NCBI GenBank assembly: GCA_963727895.1
Contig: CAVSHT010000005.1
Coordinates: 256,001 to 320,000 of the forward strand
From: an uncultured Methanosarcinaceae archaeon
GTDB lineage: Archaea > Halobacteriota > Methanosarcinia > Methanosarcinales > Methanosarcinaceae
Reading direction: 5' to 3'
Length of the DNA stretch: 64,000 bases
Shown: in pieces, positions 30,350 to 41,341 of the stretch
How the letters are laid out: each line of letters starts with the position of its first letter
Numbering within the stretch: position 1 is the stretch's first letter
Position numbers and translations under genes: made by a program
The notes under the pieces: model-generated
What the model saw: only the letters and a program-made list of their open reading frames with translations
Told to the model about the DNA's origin: nothing
The model's database searches: none

Positions 30350-31765
30350 TCAAAGTTTTTCTTCGTGGCTCTTCCTTGCAACACAACTTTCAAGTGATGC
30401 ACTTGAAACAGCTTTTGCAACCGCAGGTACTACACGCTTGTCCAACGGATCAGGAATTATATGATCTTCTGAAAGCTCTCTGATTGTTATAACCTCTGCA
30501 AGCGCGTGAGCTGCAGCCGTTTCCATTTCAGATGTTATTTTCCTTGCACAGGTACTGAGAGCTCCTTTGAAAACTCCCGGGAAACTTAGGCAGTTATTAA
30601 GCTGGTTTGGAAAATCCGATCGTCCTGTAGCAACAACCCTTGCCCCTGCACGTTTTGCAGTATCGGGCATTATCTCAGGCAAAGGATTAGCCATGGCTAT
30701 TACAATTGCATCTTTTGCCATAGAACGAATCATGTTCTCAGTAACTATGCCTCCTACTGAGACTCCAATAAAGAGGTCAGCTCCTTGTAAGGCATTTTCG
30801 AGTCCTCCATTCAGTTTTTCAGGGTTTGTAAGCCTGGCAATTTCCTTTTTTATAGAGTTCATACCATTTTTTCGACCTTCATATACCAATCCTTTGCTGT
30901 CGCTAGTAATAATTTTTGCAGGATCAGCTCCCTCTCTGATTAAGAACCGAAAAATTGCAACTCCTGCAGCTCCAATTCCTGAAATTACTATTTTGAGGTA
31001 TTTTAATTCTTTATTAACAATATTAAGAATCTTGAGAAGTCCCGCAAAAAGTACAATAGCTGTTCCATGCTGATCGTCATGCATAACTGGCAAATCCAGT
31101 TCTTCACGCAGCCTGGATTCAATTTCAAAGCATCGCGGGGCACTGATATCTTCAAGGTTAATGCCCCCAAAAACAGGGGCAAGATGTTTTACCGCTTTTA
31201 TGATTTCTTCAGTTTCCTGAGTATCAAGGCAGATGGGGAAAGCATCAATACCTGCAAATTCCTTAAAAATAATTGCTTTTCCTTCCATTACAGGCAGAGC
31301 AGCATAAGGTCCTATATTCCCAAGTCCAAGAACTGCTGACCCATCGGTGATGACAGCTACAGTATTTCTCTTCAGAGTATAGAGATAGACAAGTTCCTGG
31401 TCCTCGCTTATTTTCCTGCACGGCTCGGCAACCCCTGGGGTATAAGCAACGCTGAGATCGTGTATTGTTTGAAGGGGGACTTTACTTGCAACTTCCAGTA
31501 CACCCCCAAAATTTCTGTGCATGGCAAGTGATTCCCTGTATAAAGACTGGTGTGCCTCACTTTCGTTCTCCGGGTCTTTTTTATGGTTTTTTTCAGGCTG
31601 TTTTTCCTGATTTCTTCCGGAATGTTTTTCTAGGTTCTTTCCTGGAGACTTTAAAAGATCCTCTACAGAATCTTTTTTCATGTTTTCCGCCAGACCTGAA
31701 ACAGACTTTATTTCTTTGATCTCAACACCCCCTAAAAATTGAACATTCCCTGTAATATTTAGCAT
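30350..31765 (-). CDS. NAD(P)-dependent malic enzyme (start uncertain, perhaps ATG 31681)
   Basis: AYTPGVAEPC, TDGSAVLGLGNIG, HDDQHGTA, GIGAAG, ATGRSDFPNQ. Confidence 0.92.
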   Translation of the reverse strand: MLNITGNVQFLGGVEIKEIKSVSGLAENMKKDSVEDLLKSPGKNLEKHSGRNQEKQPEKNHKKDPENESEAHQSLYRESLAMHRNFGGVLEVASKVPLQTIHDLSVAYTPGVAEPCRKISEDQELVYLYTLKRNTVAVITDGSAVLGLGNIGPYAALPVMEGKAIIFKEFAGIDAFPICLDTQETEEIIKAVKHLAPVFGGINLEDISAPRCFEIESRLREELDLPVMHDDQHGTAIVLFAGLLKILNIVNKELKYLKIVISGIGAAGVAIFRFLIREGADPAKIITSDSKGLVYEGRKNGMNSIKKEIARLTNPEKLNGGLENALQGADLFIGVSVGGIVTENMIRSMAKDAIVIAMANPLPEIMPDTAKRAGARVVATGRSDFPNQLNNCLSFPGVFKGALSTCARKITSEMETAAAHALAEVITIRELSEDHIIPDPLDKRVVPAVAKAVSSASLESCVARKSHEEKL

Positions 31766-31915
31766 TAAGAGCGAATTCTTAACCAGAATAAGCTCTAAGA
31801 TAAAAAATTCTTGTGTCAGTAATGTTGTGCTAATAATATTTTCTCAAGCCGTAAATAAACTCACTGGTCTATAATTAAAGAAGTGGTTCACTTGAGAGTA
31901 AATAATCCTAAATTT

Positions 31916-32655
31916 GGTATTGTTAACTAAACATAGTTAACTCTTTATTTCTGTATTTCATCAATAGAATAACCTAGTACTTTAGCATTTCAAGACTCTT
32001 CGTATAACACTTTGTCTTTCTTCTCAACCTTGCCAAAAAGTGCCTCAATATGCTGTTATATCCTTCAACAGTATACGTTTCTGCTTTGGATTGAGTATGG
32101 ATCTTTTCTGGAAGAAACTCTGCATATGCCTTCCAGTGATCAGTCATCACTTCTCCAATCTCTTTTTTCTTCAATTTTTCCCAGAGTAGTTTTCCAGTTT
32201 CCGTTCCTCTGCTACCAAAAGAGCAGTTGATAAACTTTTTCCCAACTCTATCAACAGCAATCCAGATCCAGCAATATTTTTTTTGTTACCGATGTAAGTG
32301 TGCATCTCATCCATTTCAACAATAGATATCTCATTTTCACTCTTTAGAGCCTCTAACTCTTGACCAAATTTCTTTATCCATTTTTGGACAGAAACGTGAC
32401 TTACCCCTAAAACTCTTCCTATTGAGCGAAAACCCAATCCTTCAAGATAGAGTTGTAAAGCCTGTCTTTTTACAGAAGCGGAAAAAGCAGTTGATTTTAG
32501 CTCTACTGTATAGTTATAGCTACAATCAGAGCATTTGTACCATTGACGCCCACCAACTATACCATTCTTTTTGTGACTGGAACTATTACATTTTGGGCAG
32601 TTCATGAAGAAATATATGTTATAAGCATACATGTCTATTTTTGTGTACCAATACC
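31916..32655 (-). mobile_element. IS1-family element, copy 5 (in-frame TAG near end of insB)
   Basis: TIRs GGTATTGGTAC / GGTATTGTTAAC; flanks CTAAATTT / AAAAATTT. Confidence 0.95.
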
Positions 32656-32799
32656 AAAAATTTTTATCACTAACATTTCTCCCGACTTAGAATAAGTTTC
32701 TATGGATGTGTAACCAGAGAATATAAAATCGGCAATAATTATTTACTTTGTACTCCATTATAGCAGAAATAATATATCTGTTCAAAAGAATATTTATCT

Positions 32800-33195
32800 A
32801 TGCAAATTAAAGGAATAGCTCGTGATACTCTTGGTTTTATTCTGGAGGCGAGCAAGTCAATGGCTCCCAATGAATTTGCAGGACTTCTGCAGGAAAAAGA
32901 CGGAATTATCACTGAAGTCCTCATATTGCCTGGCACGGAATCCAGTGATACGAATGCGGTTTTCAGGCTTTATATGATGCCAAACATCAAAGCTACAGGT
33001 TCAATCCATAGCCATCCAGGCCCAAACCGTAGTCCTTCAAAAGCTGATCTACGCCTCTTTTCGAATACAGGAAATTATCATATCATAGTTGGCTATCCCT
33101 ATGATGAGCAAAGCTGGACATGCTATGATAGAGAAGGAAAGATAAGGGAGCTCCCAGTACTTGATGTGGAATTTGAAGATTATGAAGAGCTTTGA
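32800..33195 (+). CDS. JAMM/MPN+ metalloprotease
   Basis: E...HSHPGPNRSPSKAD (H-S-H-x7-S-x2-D). Confidence 0.9.
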   Translation: MQIKGIARDTLGFILEASKSMAPNEFAGLLQEKDGIITEVLILPGTESSDTNAVFRLYMMPNIKATGSIHSHPGPNRSPSKADLRLFSNTGNYHIIVGYPYDEQSWTCYDREGKIRELPVLDVEFEDYEEL

Positions 33196-33328
33196 CCAAA
33201 AATCAATCTGTAAAAATTCATCCTAAACCAGAAAGAGTTAAAATCTTACTGGAAAAACTTTATAGAAATCCTTTATTTTTAGATAAAGAATTTCTATATT
33301 TTTTTGTTCATATTACATTATCAGTCAT

Positions 33329-33831
33329 CTAATTTGTTCTCTCTTTTATAGATCTACCTGAGTATTTTCTATAACCCCATTCAATAGAAAAGCAGAAAAA
33401 AATTGTGATTAAAAATAATTCTAGAGTTAGTTTAAAACTAACAAATTCATAATAAAGTAACAATCCAAAGAATATCAAGCTACTTAGAAGTGAAATCCAG
33501 ATTATCCAGCTTTTTGCTCCAGTTTCTTTCAAGAGCCGTAGATGGGAAGTATTAACAGCTATATAAATGATAAGCAGAGAAGTACTTGCGAGTAAACCAA
33601 TTCCATCCAGAGGAAGGAAATTAGCCAGGAGTATGACAAGACCAGATGTAATAAAAAGTCCTTCTGTTCCTCTTTTCCAGATTTTCCTATCAATAAATAA
33701 GGGCAAACGTCCTTCTTTTGCAAGTAAATAACTTATATTTACCCCGCCATAAAGAGAGGCATTTATTGCAGAATAAGTTGAAATTAGGGCAGCAAGAGCC
33801 ATAATTTTGAAACCTATAACTCCTAAAAAAG
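33329..33831 (-). pseudogene. 3' remnant of APC-family permease truncated by IS1 copy 6
   Basis: ISTYSAINASLYGG..LAKEGRLP; frame runs into IS1 TIR at 33832. Confidence 0.8.
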
Positions 33832-34079
33832 GGCTTTGATAATTAACTATAGTTATTTATTATGAGAACCTATATTTCTTCATGAACTGCTCCAGATGCA
33901 ATAGTTCCAGTCACAAAAAGAACGGTATAGTTGGTGGGCGTCAATGGTACAAATGCTCTGATTGTGGCTATAACTATACAGTAGAGCTAAAATCAACTGC
34001 TTTTTCCGCTTCTGTAAAAAGACAGGCTTTACAACTCTATCTTGAAGGATTGGGCTTTCGCTCAATAGGACGATTTTAG
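33832..34079 (+). mobile_element. IS1-family element, copy 6 (5' fragment ending at IS110 end)
   Basis: Left TIR GGCTTTGATAATT; insA to RSIGRF. Confidence 0.93.
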
Positions 34080-34892
34080 CATGAAAGTACATGAGGAGAT
34101 TATCCTCACGTGCTCTCTTGATCCTTTTTCCCCATAATCGCAAATATTCCACTAATTATTTTAATCCATTCATCAACCTAAAAAATCTCAGTTTCAATAA
34201 TCTTTCTCTTTTGGATTTCTCCCTTTTGATATCCGGTTTCATCTTCGTCCATCTCATCGTTTGTAATAAGATGCCATAGTATCGTTGCAATTTTCCTTGC
34301 TAAGGCAATAATTGCTTTTGCATTTCCAATCGACTTCTTTTTTCTGTTAAAAAACTCTTTTAACCTGCTATTCTTCTTTCTTGCTGCTGCTTGAGCAATC
34401 TGTGTCAGAATCCACCTTGCTACTTTTGATCCCCTCTTTGTGATTCTGCCGTTATAGTATTTATCTGTAGATTGATACACATTAGGAACTAGACCAAGCC
34501 AAGAAGCAAGCTTATTTCCAGAAGAAAAATCCTTAAAGTTGCCTATTTCAGCAAGTAAAATTGCCGCACCAAGTTCCCCTATACCTGGAACTGACATTAA
34601 AATCTCCATTTCTCGCTTATGATTTCGAGAAGCATAATTGAAAATTTCTGTTTCTAAAGCTTCGAGTTCATCATCAAGACTTTTTATGAGTTTCAGACAG
34701 ATCTGAAGTCTGAATGCAGCACTTTGAGAAATTTCTCGATCAAAAATTTCTCTTATCTGAGCAGCTTTTTTCCGAACATTTGGAGAGAGGCTTGCAATAA
34801 TCTGATCAACACTCTTACCTGAAGAGATTCCTAATAAGATCATTCTGCCATTCTTGCCAAAAACGTCTGTCAGCACATTATTCAGGTGTAGC

Positions 34893-34972
34893 ATTTCAGA
34901 TGCAAGAATTGAATTTCAGATGCAAGAATTGAATTTCAGATGCAAGAATTGAATTTCAGATGCAAGAATTGA
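34893..34972. repeat. 20-bp tandem repeat x4 inside IS110 recombinase gene
   Basis: (ATTTCAGATGCAAGAATTGA)x4. Confidence 0.95.
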
Positions 34973-35409
34973 GTGAGCTTTATTTTTTAAATCTGTTCTT
35001 TTTTGTACAAGTGTTAACCGAAGTCGAACATATGATCTAAAATCTATATGATCCTTTGGAAAAACTCTTGATGGCTGAATCATATTATTAAGTGCAAGTT
35101 GTGCAATGACTTCTGAGTCAATCTTATCTGTTTTTTATGGGTAAATACCTTCATATCTCGCGCATTTCCAACTATCACAGTTAGATGCTTTATCAATGAA
35201 TCATGAATCGGAACCCAAAAGTCGCTGGTTGATTCACATGCAACAACATCACATTTTTCTGATATTACCCAATTTTTAAGGGCTAAAATTCCTTCATCAT
35301 CTCTGTTGAAACGTTGCTGTTGTTTTTCACCAGATCTGCTGAAAATTGTAGCAATGAAAAAGAGTTTGTGAATGTCTAAACCACAAGCTTTGTTTATGAC
35401 TTAAATCAA

Positions 35410-35600
35410 ATTAGATCGCCAAATTTATTTGGGCAGTGGAATTGCCTAAAAGGCCAATTTAGCATCCGTGATCAAAGTCACACTTGAGCCTTCGATGGCA
35501 ATTCACTGATTAGTTTTAGAACGGTTTTGAATAACCAAAATCAAGACAACCTTACTGCCCAAGGTAATGAGGGCTTAATAGTCAAAAAAAAGAACGGAGA
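35410..35600 (-). ncRNA. Candidate bridge/seek RNA in the IS110 non-coding end
   Basis: Nested stems TTGGGCAGT/ACTGCCCAA (35429-35437, 35554-35562), GAATTGCC/GGCAATTC (35439-35446, 35497-35504), GTGA/TCAC, TGATT/AATCA. Confidence 0.6.
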
Positions 35601-35963
35601 GTACTTTCATTAGTTGTGCTTGTTATTCGAAGAAAAGCATGTGCGTTTTAGGAAAAGGTTGTCCAATTATACTTATTTCAGATTTTTTAATTTTTTCGGC
35701 ATTTTCAGAACTCATATCGAGTTGATTTATTGTCTTATTCTTCGAGTGTTCAATCTCTCCTGTAGTAGCTTGTTTTAAATTCTCCTGATCTATTTTTATT
35801 AATCTCCCCCCATTTGAAATCCGAAAATAAGGATTCTAAAGATATACGAATTATATATTATCGGCTTTGTAGAAATGTTTTTTTAACAGCATTTTTGTCA
35901 TCACGTTAATACTTTCACCTAACTTCCTCAAGCCTTTTTTATATGTTTATCTTATTTTAATTA

Positions 35964-37066
35964 ATGTCTGCCTCCAATTTGAAAATAAACGCTCTGGAAA
36001 GGAGAATTATCTTTCACGCGGATATGGACAGTTTTTTTGCGTCAGTTGAGGCAAGAGAAAAGCCAGAAATTAAAGGGCTACCTGTAATTATAGGTTCTGA
36101 CCCTAAAGGAGGCTCAGGAAGAGGAGTTGTAAGTACCTGCTCATACGAGGCGAGAAAATACGGGATTCATTCTGCAATGCCGATTTCACAGGCTTACAGG
36201 CTCTGTCCTGATGCGGTTTTTTACCTGTAAATATGAAACTCTATTCGGGCGTTTCAGTAAAAATAATGGAGATTTTAAAGGGATTTGCAGACAAGTTCCA
36301 GCAGGTAAGTGTGGATGAAGCTTATCTCGCACCAGGGCCCGAAATTAGAAATTTTGAAGAGGCTGCCCTTTAAGCCCTCAGAATCAAGGACGAAGTACAA
36401 AAACAGGAAGGAATTACCTGTTCGACAGAAGTCGGGCCAAATAAGCTTATTGCAAAAATTGCATCTGGATTTCAGAAGCCTGACGGACTTACCGTTGTCA
36501 GGTCTGGAGATGTAAAAGAATTTCTTTTTCCACTGTCGGTTTCAAAAATTCCTGGAATCGGAGAAAAAACGGCTGAAAATCTTAAATCAATGGGAATTAC
36601 CAGGATAGAATAACTTGCAAACTGTGATGTGCAACTGCTTTCGGAAAAATTCGGAAAAATGGGGTTTCACATGAAGCAGCTTGCAAATGGACTTGATTTT
36701 GGAGAAGTTCTGGAAAATGAAAATATAAAATCTATTAGCAGGCACACAACTTTTTCTGAAGATACAAATGATCCTATAAGAATTATCGGGTCTCTTGAAT
36801 TACTTGTAGAAAGTGTACATGATTCCTTGTTGAAAAACCGATTCCTTTTCAAAACCAAAACCCTAACTGTGCGTTTTGAAGATTTCTCTACCTATACACG
36901 CTCAAAAACGATCCAAATATGGACTTCAGACCTCTTTGTGATCAAAAGAACAGCCATACAGCTTCTTTCAGAATTTATTGGAGGTCGAAAACTAAGGCTT
37001 GTAGGTATAGGCGTCACCAAACTCCGTGAGAGAGACAAAAAGCAAACTCTAATCACAGATTTCTAA
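35964..37066 (+). pseudogene. dinB: DNA polymerase IV
   Basis: [33 protein letters not shown]; frameshift in T-run 36217-36222, TAA at 36371 and 36611. Confidence 0.93.
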
Positions 37067-37229
37067 CACAAGCCTTTTCAAAAAAGGCTTGAGCGAAAAC
37101 CCCAATGACAACTCCAATGACTGTGGCGTGATAAACCGGCGCAACGGTTTTGATCAAACAATGAAACGGTTGCAGGTTAATTGTTACAGTCCAATGTTTG
37201 TGGATAAACTGACAGACTATATTTTTATA

Positions 37230-38291
37230 ATGGAAAACCAATTAAGTTTGATGAAAAAGAATGTAAAGATAGCGCTGGCCCTTCTTATAATTTTAGTCCT
37301 AACCGTGGTTATTGTTTATGCTACACTTCCATATTTAAATTATATTTTTGGGGGACTTATTCTTTTTGTTATATTTCGATCTCTTTATCATTTTCTTGTA
37401 AGAAGAGTTAGGCTTCCTAAGCAGTTTGCAGCCGGACTTGTGATAGTAATTTCTATCTTTGTTGTATTAATTCCTTTGTATTTTCTTTTAAGCGTGATCG
37501 TCAGCGAAATCACGCAACTTTTAGTTGATCGGGCCTCAATTACTACGTCTATTCAAGCCGGAGGCCACATTTTAATGGAACTTCTTTTAAGGCTGAATAT
37601 TCCTGCAGATGTATTCCAGACAAAAATAGACGAAAAAGCAATGGAAATTGCCTCACAGGCTGTTAATTACACAAGCCTGTTCATTGTGGGCTCAATCCAG
37701 AGCCTGAGCCAGCAGTCCATTGGTCTATTGATAATGTACTTTTTGCTATACTATCTTTTTACTGAGGAAGATTCGAACTTTATGCGCCAGATTTCTGTTG
37801 CAGTCCCTTTCAATGAAGAAAATACAGCTACTCTTCTTGATGAATTCCGAAGAATTGTTCGGACAACTCTTATCGCCAGCGGGGCAGTTGCTCTTGTCCA
37901 GGGTGGAATCCTGACAATAGTATTCCTTGTTTTTGATATTCAGGGAGCTTTTCTCTGGGGTTCTATTGCGGCAATTCTTTCTTTTTTGCCGGTTGTCGGA
38001 GCACCTCTTGTCTGGGTTCCTGCAATCTTTGTCCAGCTTATTCAGAAAGACTATACTGCAGCAATAGCTATTCTTGCAGCCGGGCTTTTTATAAGTGTTA
38101 TTGACAACTTTCTCAGACCCATTATCCAGAAAAGAGTTGGAGAAATTCATCCTTTTCTATCCCTGCTTGGGGTTGTTATAGGAGTATCTCTTTTTGGGCT
38201 GCTAGGAATTGTTATAGGTCCTCTTTTGCTCTCCTACTTTGTTCTGACCGTCCAGATGTTTTCCAGAGAATACCTTTCTGAAAAGGAGTGA
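37230..38291 (+). CDS. AI-2E family transporter
   Basis: LPVVGAPLVWVP, IDNFLRP, GVSLFGLLGIVIGP. Confidence 0.9.
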   Translation: MENQLSLMKKNVKIALALLIILVLTVVIVYATLPYLNYIFGGLILFVIFRSLYHFLVRRVRLPKQFAAGLVIVISIFVVLIPLYFLLSVIVSEITQLLVDRASITTSIQAGGHILMELLLRLNIPADVFQTKIDEKAMEIASQAVNYTSLFIVGSIQSLSQQSIGLLIMYFLLYYLFTEEDSNFMRQISVAVPFNEENTATLLDEFRRIVRTTLIASGAVALVQGGILTIVFLVFDIQGAFLWGSIAAILSFLPVVGAPLVWVPAIFVQLIQKDYTAAIAILAAGLFISVIDNFLRPIIQKRVGEIHPFLSLLGVVIGVSLFGLLGIVIGPLLLSYFVLTVQMFSREYLSEKE

Positions 38292-38295
38292 AAAT

Positions 38296-39204
38296 TTGCA
38301 GATCGAAATACTCGGGTGTGAGTCTTTTGGGGCAAGATCCCTTTCCTTCATTGTAAAAACAGATGAACGGACAATCCTAATTGATCCAGGGGTTGCTCTT
38401 ACGCGTTTACGTTCGGGCCTGCTTCCCCATCCAAGAGAAGTTGCTGCTGCTTTCAGGATAAGAGAAAAAATTCTATCTGCATTTGGACAGGCTACTGATG
38501 TTGTTATCAGTCATTATCACGGGGACCATATGCCAATGAAGGCTGAAGATCCTTATCAACTGCCAATGGAAGCTCTTCCCACCCTTGACGGGATAAATTT
38601 CTGGTGTAAAGGATCAGAAAAAATCTCTTCTCTATCTTTAAAGCGGAGGAATGAGCTTTCAAAGTTTCTTGATTTTTCTCTTCCGGCTTCAGAAGGCATG
38701 AAATCTGGTATTATGGAGTTTTCGTCTCCTGTTTCACATGGAGCAAAGGAAAAAGGCTTTGGGACTGTTATGATGACCTGGATCTGCGAAGGAGATGAGG
38801 TCTTTGTCCATGCTTCAGATATCCAGCTTCTGGACATGGAAGCTGTTCTTAAGGTGCTTGCCTGGAAGCCTACAATTGTTTTTGCCTCAGGTCCTCCGAT
38901 TTATCTATCACACCGTATACCTGATGTAGAAAAAGAAGCTTTGAAAAATGCTTTAGTCCTTGCCAGGAATGTGGATACCTTGACTCTGGACCACCATCTT
39001 CTCAGATCTTTTGAAGGATACAGATGGTTAAAAGAGCTGAATGGAACGGTTAACAACCGAGTACTCTGCGCTGCAGAATTTATGGGAAGATCTCCTGATC
39101 TTCTTGAGGCTCAGAGAAAAAATCTTTATGAAAAAACGCCAGTAACACCAGATTGGCATGAAGCTTATGCAAAGGGTAAAGCAGGTTTTGAAGAATTTCT
39201 CTGA
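38296..39204 (+). CDS. Metallo-beta-lactamase-fold hydrolase (UPF0282-like)
   Basis: ESFGARS, IDPGVAL, SHYHGDH, DHHLLRS. Confidence 0.88.
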   Translation: MQIEILGCESFGARSLSFIVKTDERTILIDPGVALTRLRSGLLPHPREVAAAFRIREKILSAFGQATDVVISHYHGDHMPMKAEDPYQLPMEALPTLDGINFWCKGSEKISSLSLKRRNELSKFLDFSLPASEGMKSGIMEFSSPVSHGAKEKGFGTVMMTWICEGDEVFVHASDIQLLDMEAVLKVLAWKPTIVFASGPPIYLSHRIPDVEKEALKNALVLARNVDTLTLDHHLLRSFEGYRWLKELNGTVNNRVLCAAEFMGRSPDLLEAQRKNLYEKTPVTPDWHEAYAKGKAGFEEFL

Positions 39205-39318
39205 CAAAACGGCTGGAAGAAATTACCAGACCGATACTGTAACATCTCCTGTAACAGGGCTTAACAGGTAACTTTTGAAGTCTCATTTAATGGGGTCAGA
39301 ACTCGCTGGTATAATTGT

Positions 39319-40113
39319 CTATGTTTTATGTATCTGTTCTGAACGCTGTTCGTAATAATCATAAAGTTCTTTTCCCCAGGCAATGGCTCCAGGTTCAAAG
39401 CAAATAATATGCTTCCTGTCAAAAACTGTATTTTTCGGGAAAAGAGCCATTGCCATAAAATTATCTGCTGCCACAATGGCAGGAATTCGTTCACATTCTT
39501 TACATACAAAAAATTTAGCATTTTCTTTTTTAAGGTATTTTTCGGTTTGTTCCCTATAATCTTCAATCCATCTTTTCAGGACGGGTTCCGGGAGAACGAG
39601 CGATATAGGTATTCCTTTTTCGGCGATTTCCAGGTAAAAAGAAGGGAAAAGAGGATGGAAATATGGAATTGCAGCCTCAAGCTTTTTTGCCATCTGAACA
39701 TTTTTTACGTACTCAGGAATCATTTCAAACATATGATCCACTGCAGGTTCGATGATATTGCAGTGTCCAAGCTCGTTAATTCTTAGCAGGAGAAAAGATG
39801 GAATCTCATTTGTTTCTCGGTCTGCCCAGTAATCTGCATTTTCTTCGAGTACAGAAAGAGTATCCAGGAGAGGTTTCATTTTATCAACCACAACTCTACC
39901 AATCTCGCTCAGTTTATAGAAGTTTTTTTCTTGGATTACCATATGCTGCTCTTTGAGTTTTTTTACTTGAGGCTGAACTGAGGTTGCACTGGCGTTAAGG
40001 GCTTTTTTTAATGTCTCGATATCTTTTGGCCCTTCAAGTAGAAGAAGTAAAACATTCTTTCTCTTTTCGGATAGAAGAATTAGAGAGAGTAGAGTATTTT
40101 CCATATCATGCAC
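39319..40113 (-). CDS. Winged-helix transcriptional regulator with DUF1724-type C-terminus
   Basis: LSEKRKNVLLLLLEGPK HTH; AIAWGKELYDYY. Confidence 0.88.
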   Translation of the reverse strand: MHDMENTLLSLILLSEKRKNVLLLLLEGPKDIETLKKALNASATSVQPQVKKLKEQHMVIQEKNFYKLSEIGRVVVDKMKPLLDTLSVLEENADYWADRETNEIPSFLLLRINELGHCNIIEPAVDHMFEMIPEYVKNVQMAKKLEAAIPYFHPLFPSFYLEIAEKGIPISLVLPEPVLKRWIEDYREQTEKYLKKENAKFFVCKECERIPAIVAADNFMAMALFPKNTVFDRKHIICFEPGAIAWGKELYDYYEQRSEQIHKT

Positions 40114-40690
40114 CTTACCAGCTGCCTGCAGATTTGTATTTTAGTGAAATTATGTATATGCAGGCAAGATTTACAGTAAAGAATTCTTTAAACAAAAGCT
40201 GAAGTATATCCATTTATATTGTGAAAACTTGAAAATTAATCGTTGATATATTTATCTCTAAAATTTATAAATACAGGGCATTTTTCATTAAATTATCTGT
40301 TTTAAATGTAATTTTGTTCCTGCATAAATTTCAATTCCTAAACTTAATTTCAAAATGCATAAAATCCCCTGAAAAATACCAATTTGTTCCTTCCTCTCCA
40401 TAAGATAATAAAAACTTAATATCTTTAATAAGTTGCGTTGAAAATTATAACCTGCTTTTATTGAACTAAATGAGATAACCTTTTTTTACATATTTAATTT
40501 TCAGATTATTAAAGCTGGCATAGATAGGTTTTCTTCAACTCCGCAAATATTGCAGGTTTTAGAGTAAGTTTAAACTAAGCAGAACGAAAATAATATTAAA
40601 CAAATCTAGACATAGACAATTTGCAAGCTTAATATTTAAGCTAAATCTCTTCTAAAAAAGGACAAAAATCAAGAAATTTAAAAAAGAACT

Positions 40691-40876
40691 TTAGAAAGAT
40701 GCGTCAACGTAATCAACTGGCCTTTTAAAAACAGCCGCTACTGTGCCATCTTCATCTATATCGTCTGAAAACTTGATAAGTTCCCAGCCTTCAGTTCCCA
40801 GGCTGTTAAGATCTTCTTTTGTCTTCGACCATTCACTAAATCTTATTTCTTTAACATCATATTCCCAGATGGTCAC
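40691..40876 (-). CDS. DUF4177-like small protein
   Basis: WEY...LNSLGTEGWELI...VFKRP; GGAGATGA RBS. Confidence 0.75.
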   Translation of the reverse strand: MTIWEYDVKEIRFSEWSKTKEDLNSLGTEGWELIKFSDDIDEDGTVAAVFKRPVDYVDASF

Positions 40877-41166
40877 TCTAATTCATCTCCAGTAAATTTG
40901 GGTACGATTAACTTATATATTAAGTTGGAACATCTGCTATATGTACCTTTTTAAAAAATAGATTTGAGCTGAAATCAAGTTTAATTGATTTTAAAAATGT
41001 TTATAAATTGACCCAAATCAACTTTAGAATTGACCTCAAACTTACATTCAGAATTGACCTTAAATCAACTCTGGAATTAAGCCGATATTCAAGGTCTTAT
41101 ATGTAAGGAATAAATTAAAAAGAATAAGCTGTTGAGAGCTAATTTCTTTAAAAAAGGTCATACTTC

Positions 41167-41293
41167 GGCTTATTTAGAAATAAACCAAATCCAAACCCGT
41201 TTTCAAATTAGCTCCAAACTCAGCAAGTTTTTAAGCGAACTTAAATTTCAAATTTTTGGGTAAAAACAGAAATTATAGGATTTTTACAAAGCC
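41167..41293. mobile_element. Degenerate MITE related to 16225-16521
   Basis: GGCTTATTTAGAAAT ... GGGTAAAAACAGAAATTATAGGATTTTTACAAAGCC. Confidence 0.45.
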
Positions 41294-41341
41294 TAGATCT
41301 CAACAAGTTTTTAACTAACCCAAATTTCAATAAGCTGAAAC

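Larger units (their letters stand above)
34080..35612 (-). mobile_element. IS110-family element with inactivated recombinase (35409-34106) and 10-bp sub-terminal IRs
   Basis: CGLDIHK (DEDD N-terminus), SVPGIG, GLVPNVYQST, GRITKRGS, IIALARK; ATGAAAGTAC 34081-34090 / GTACTTTCAT 35601-35610; TAA at codon 3, repeat expansion, TAG at 34178. Confidence 0.92.

Noticed and set aside
32800..33195. JAMM protease as part of a CBASS/Bil-type defence operon
   Set aside because: No E1/E2, ubiquitin-like or cyclase gene nearby; fits a stand-alone archaeal JAMM.
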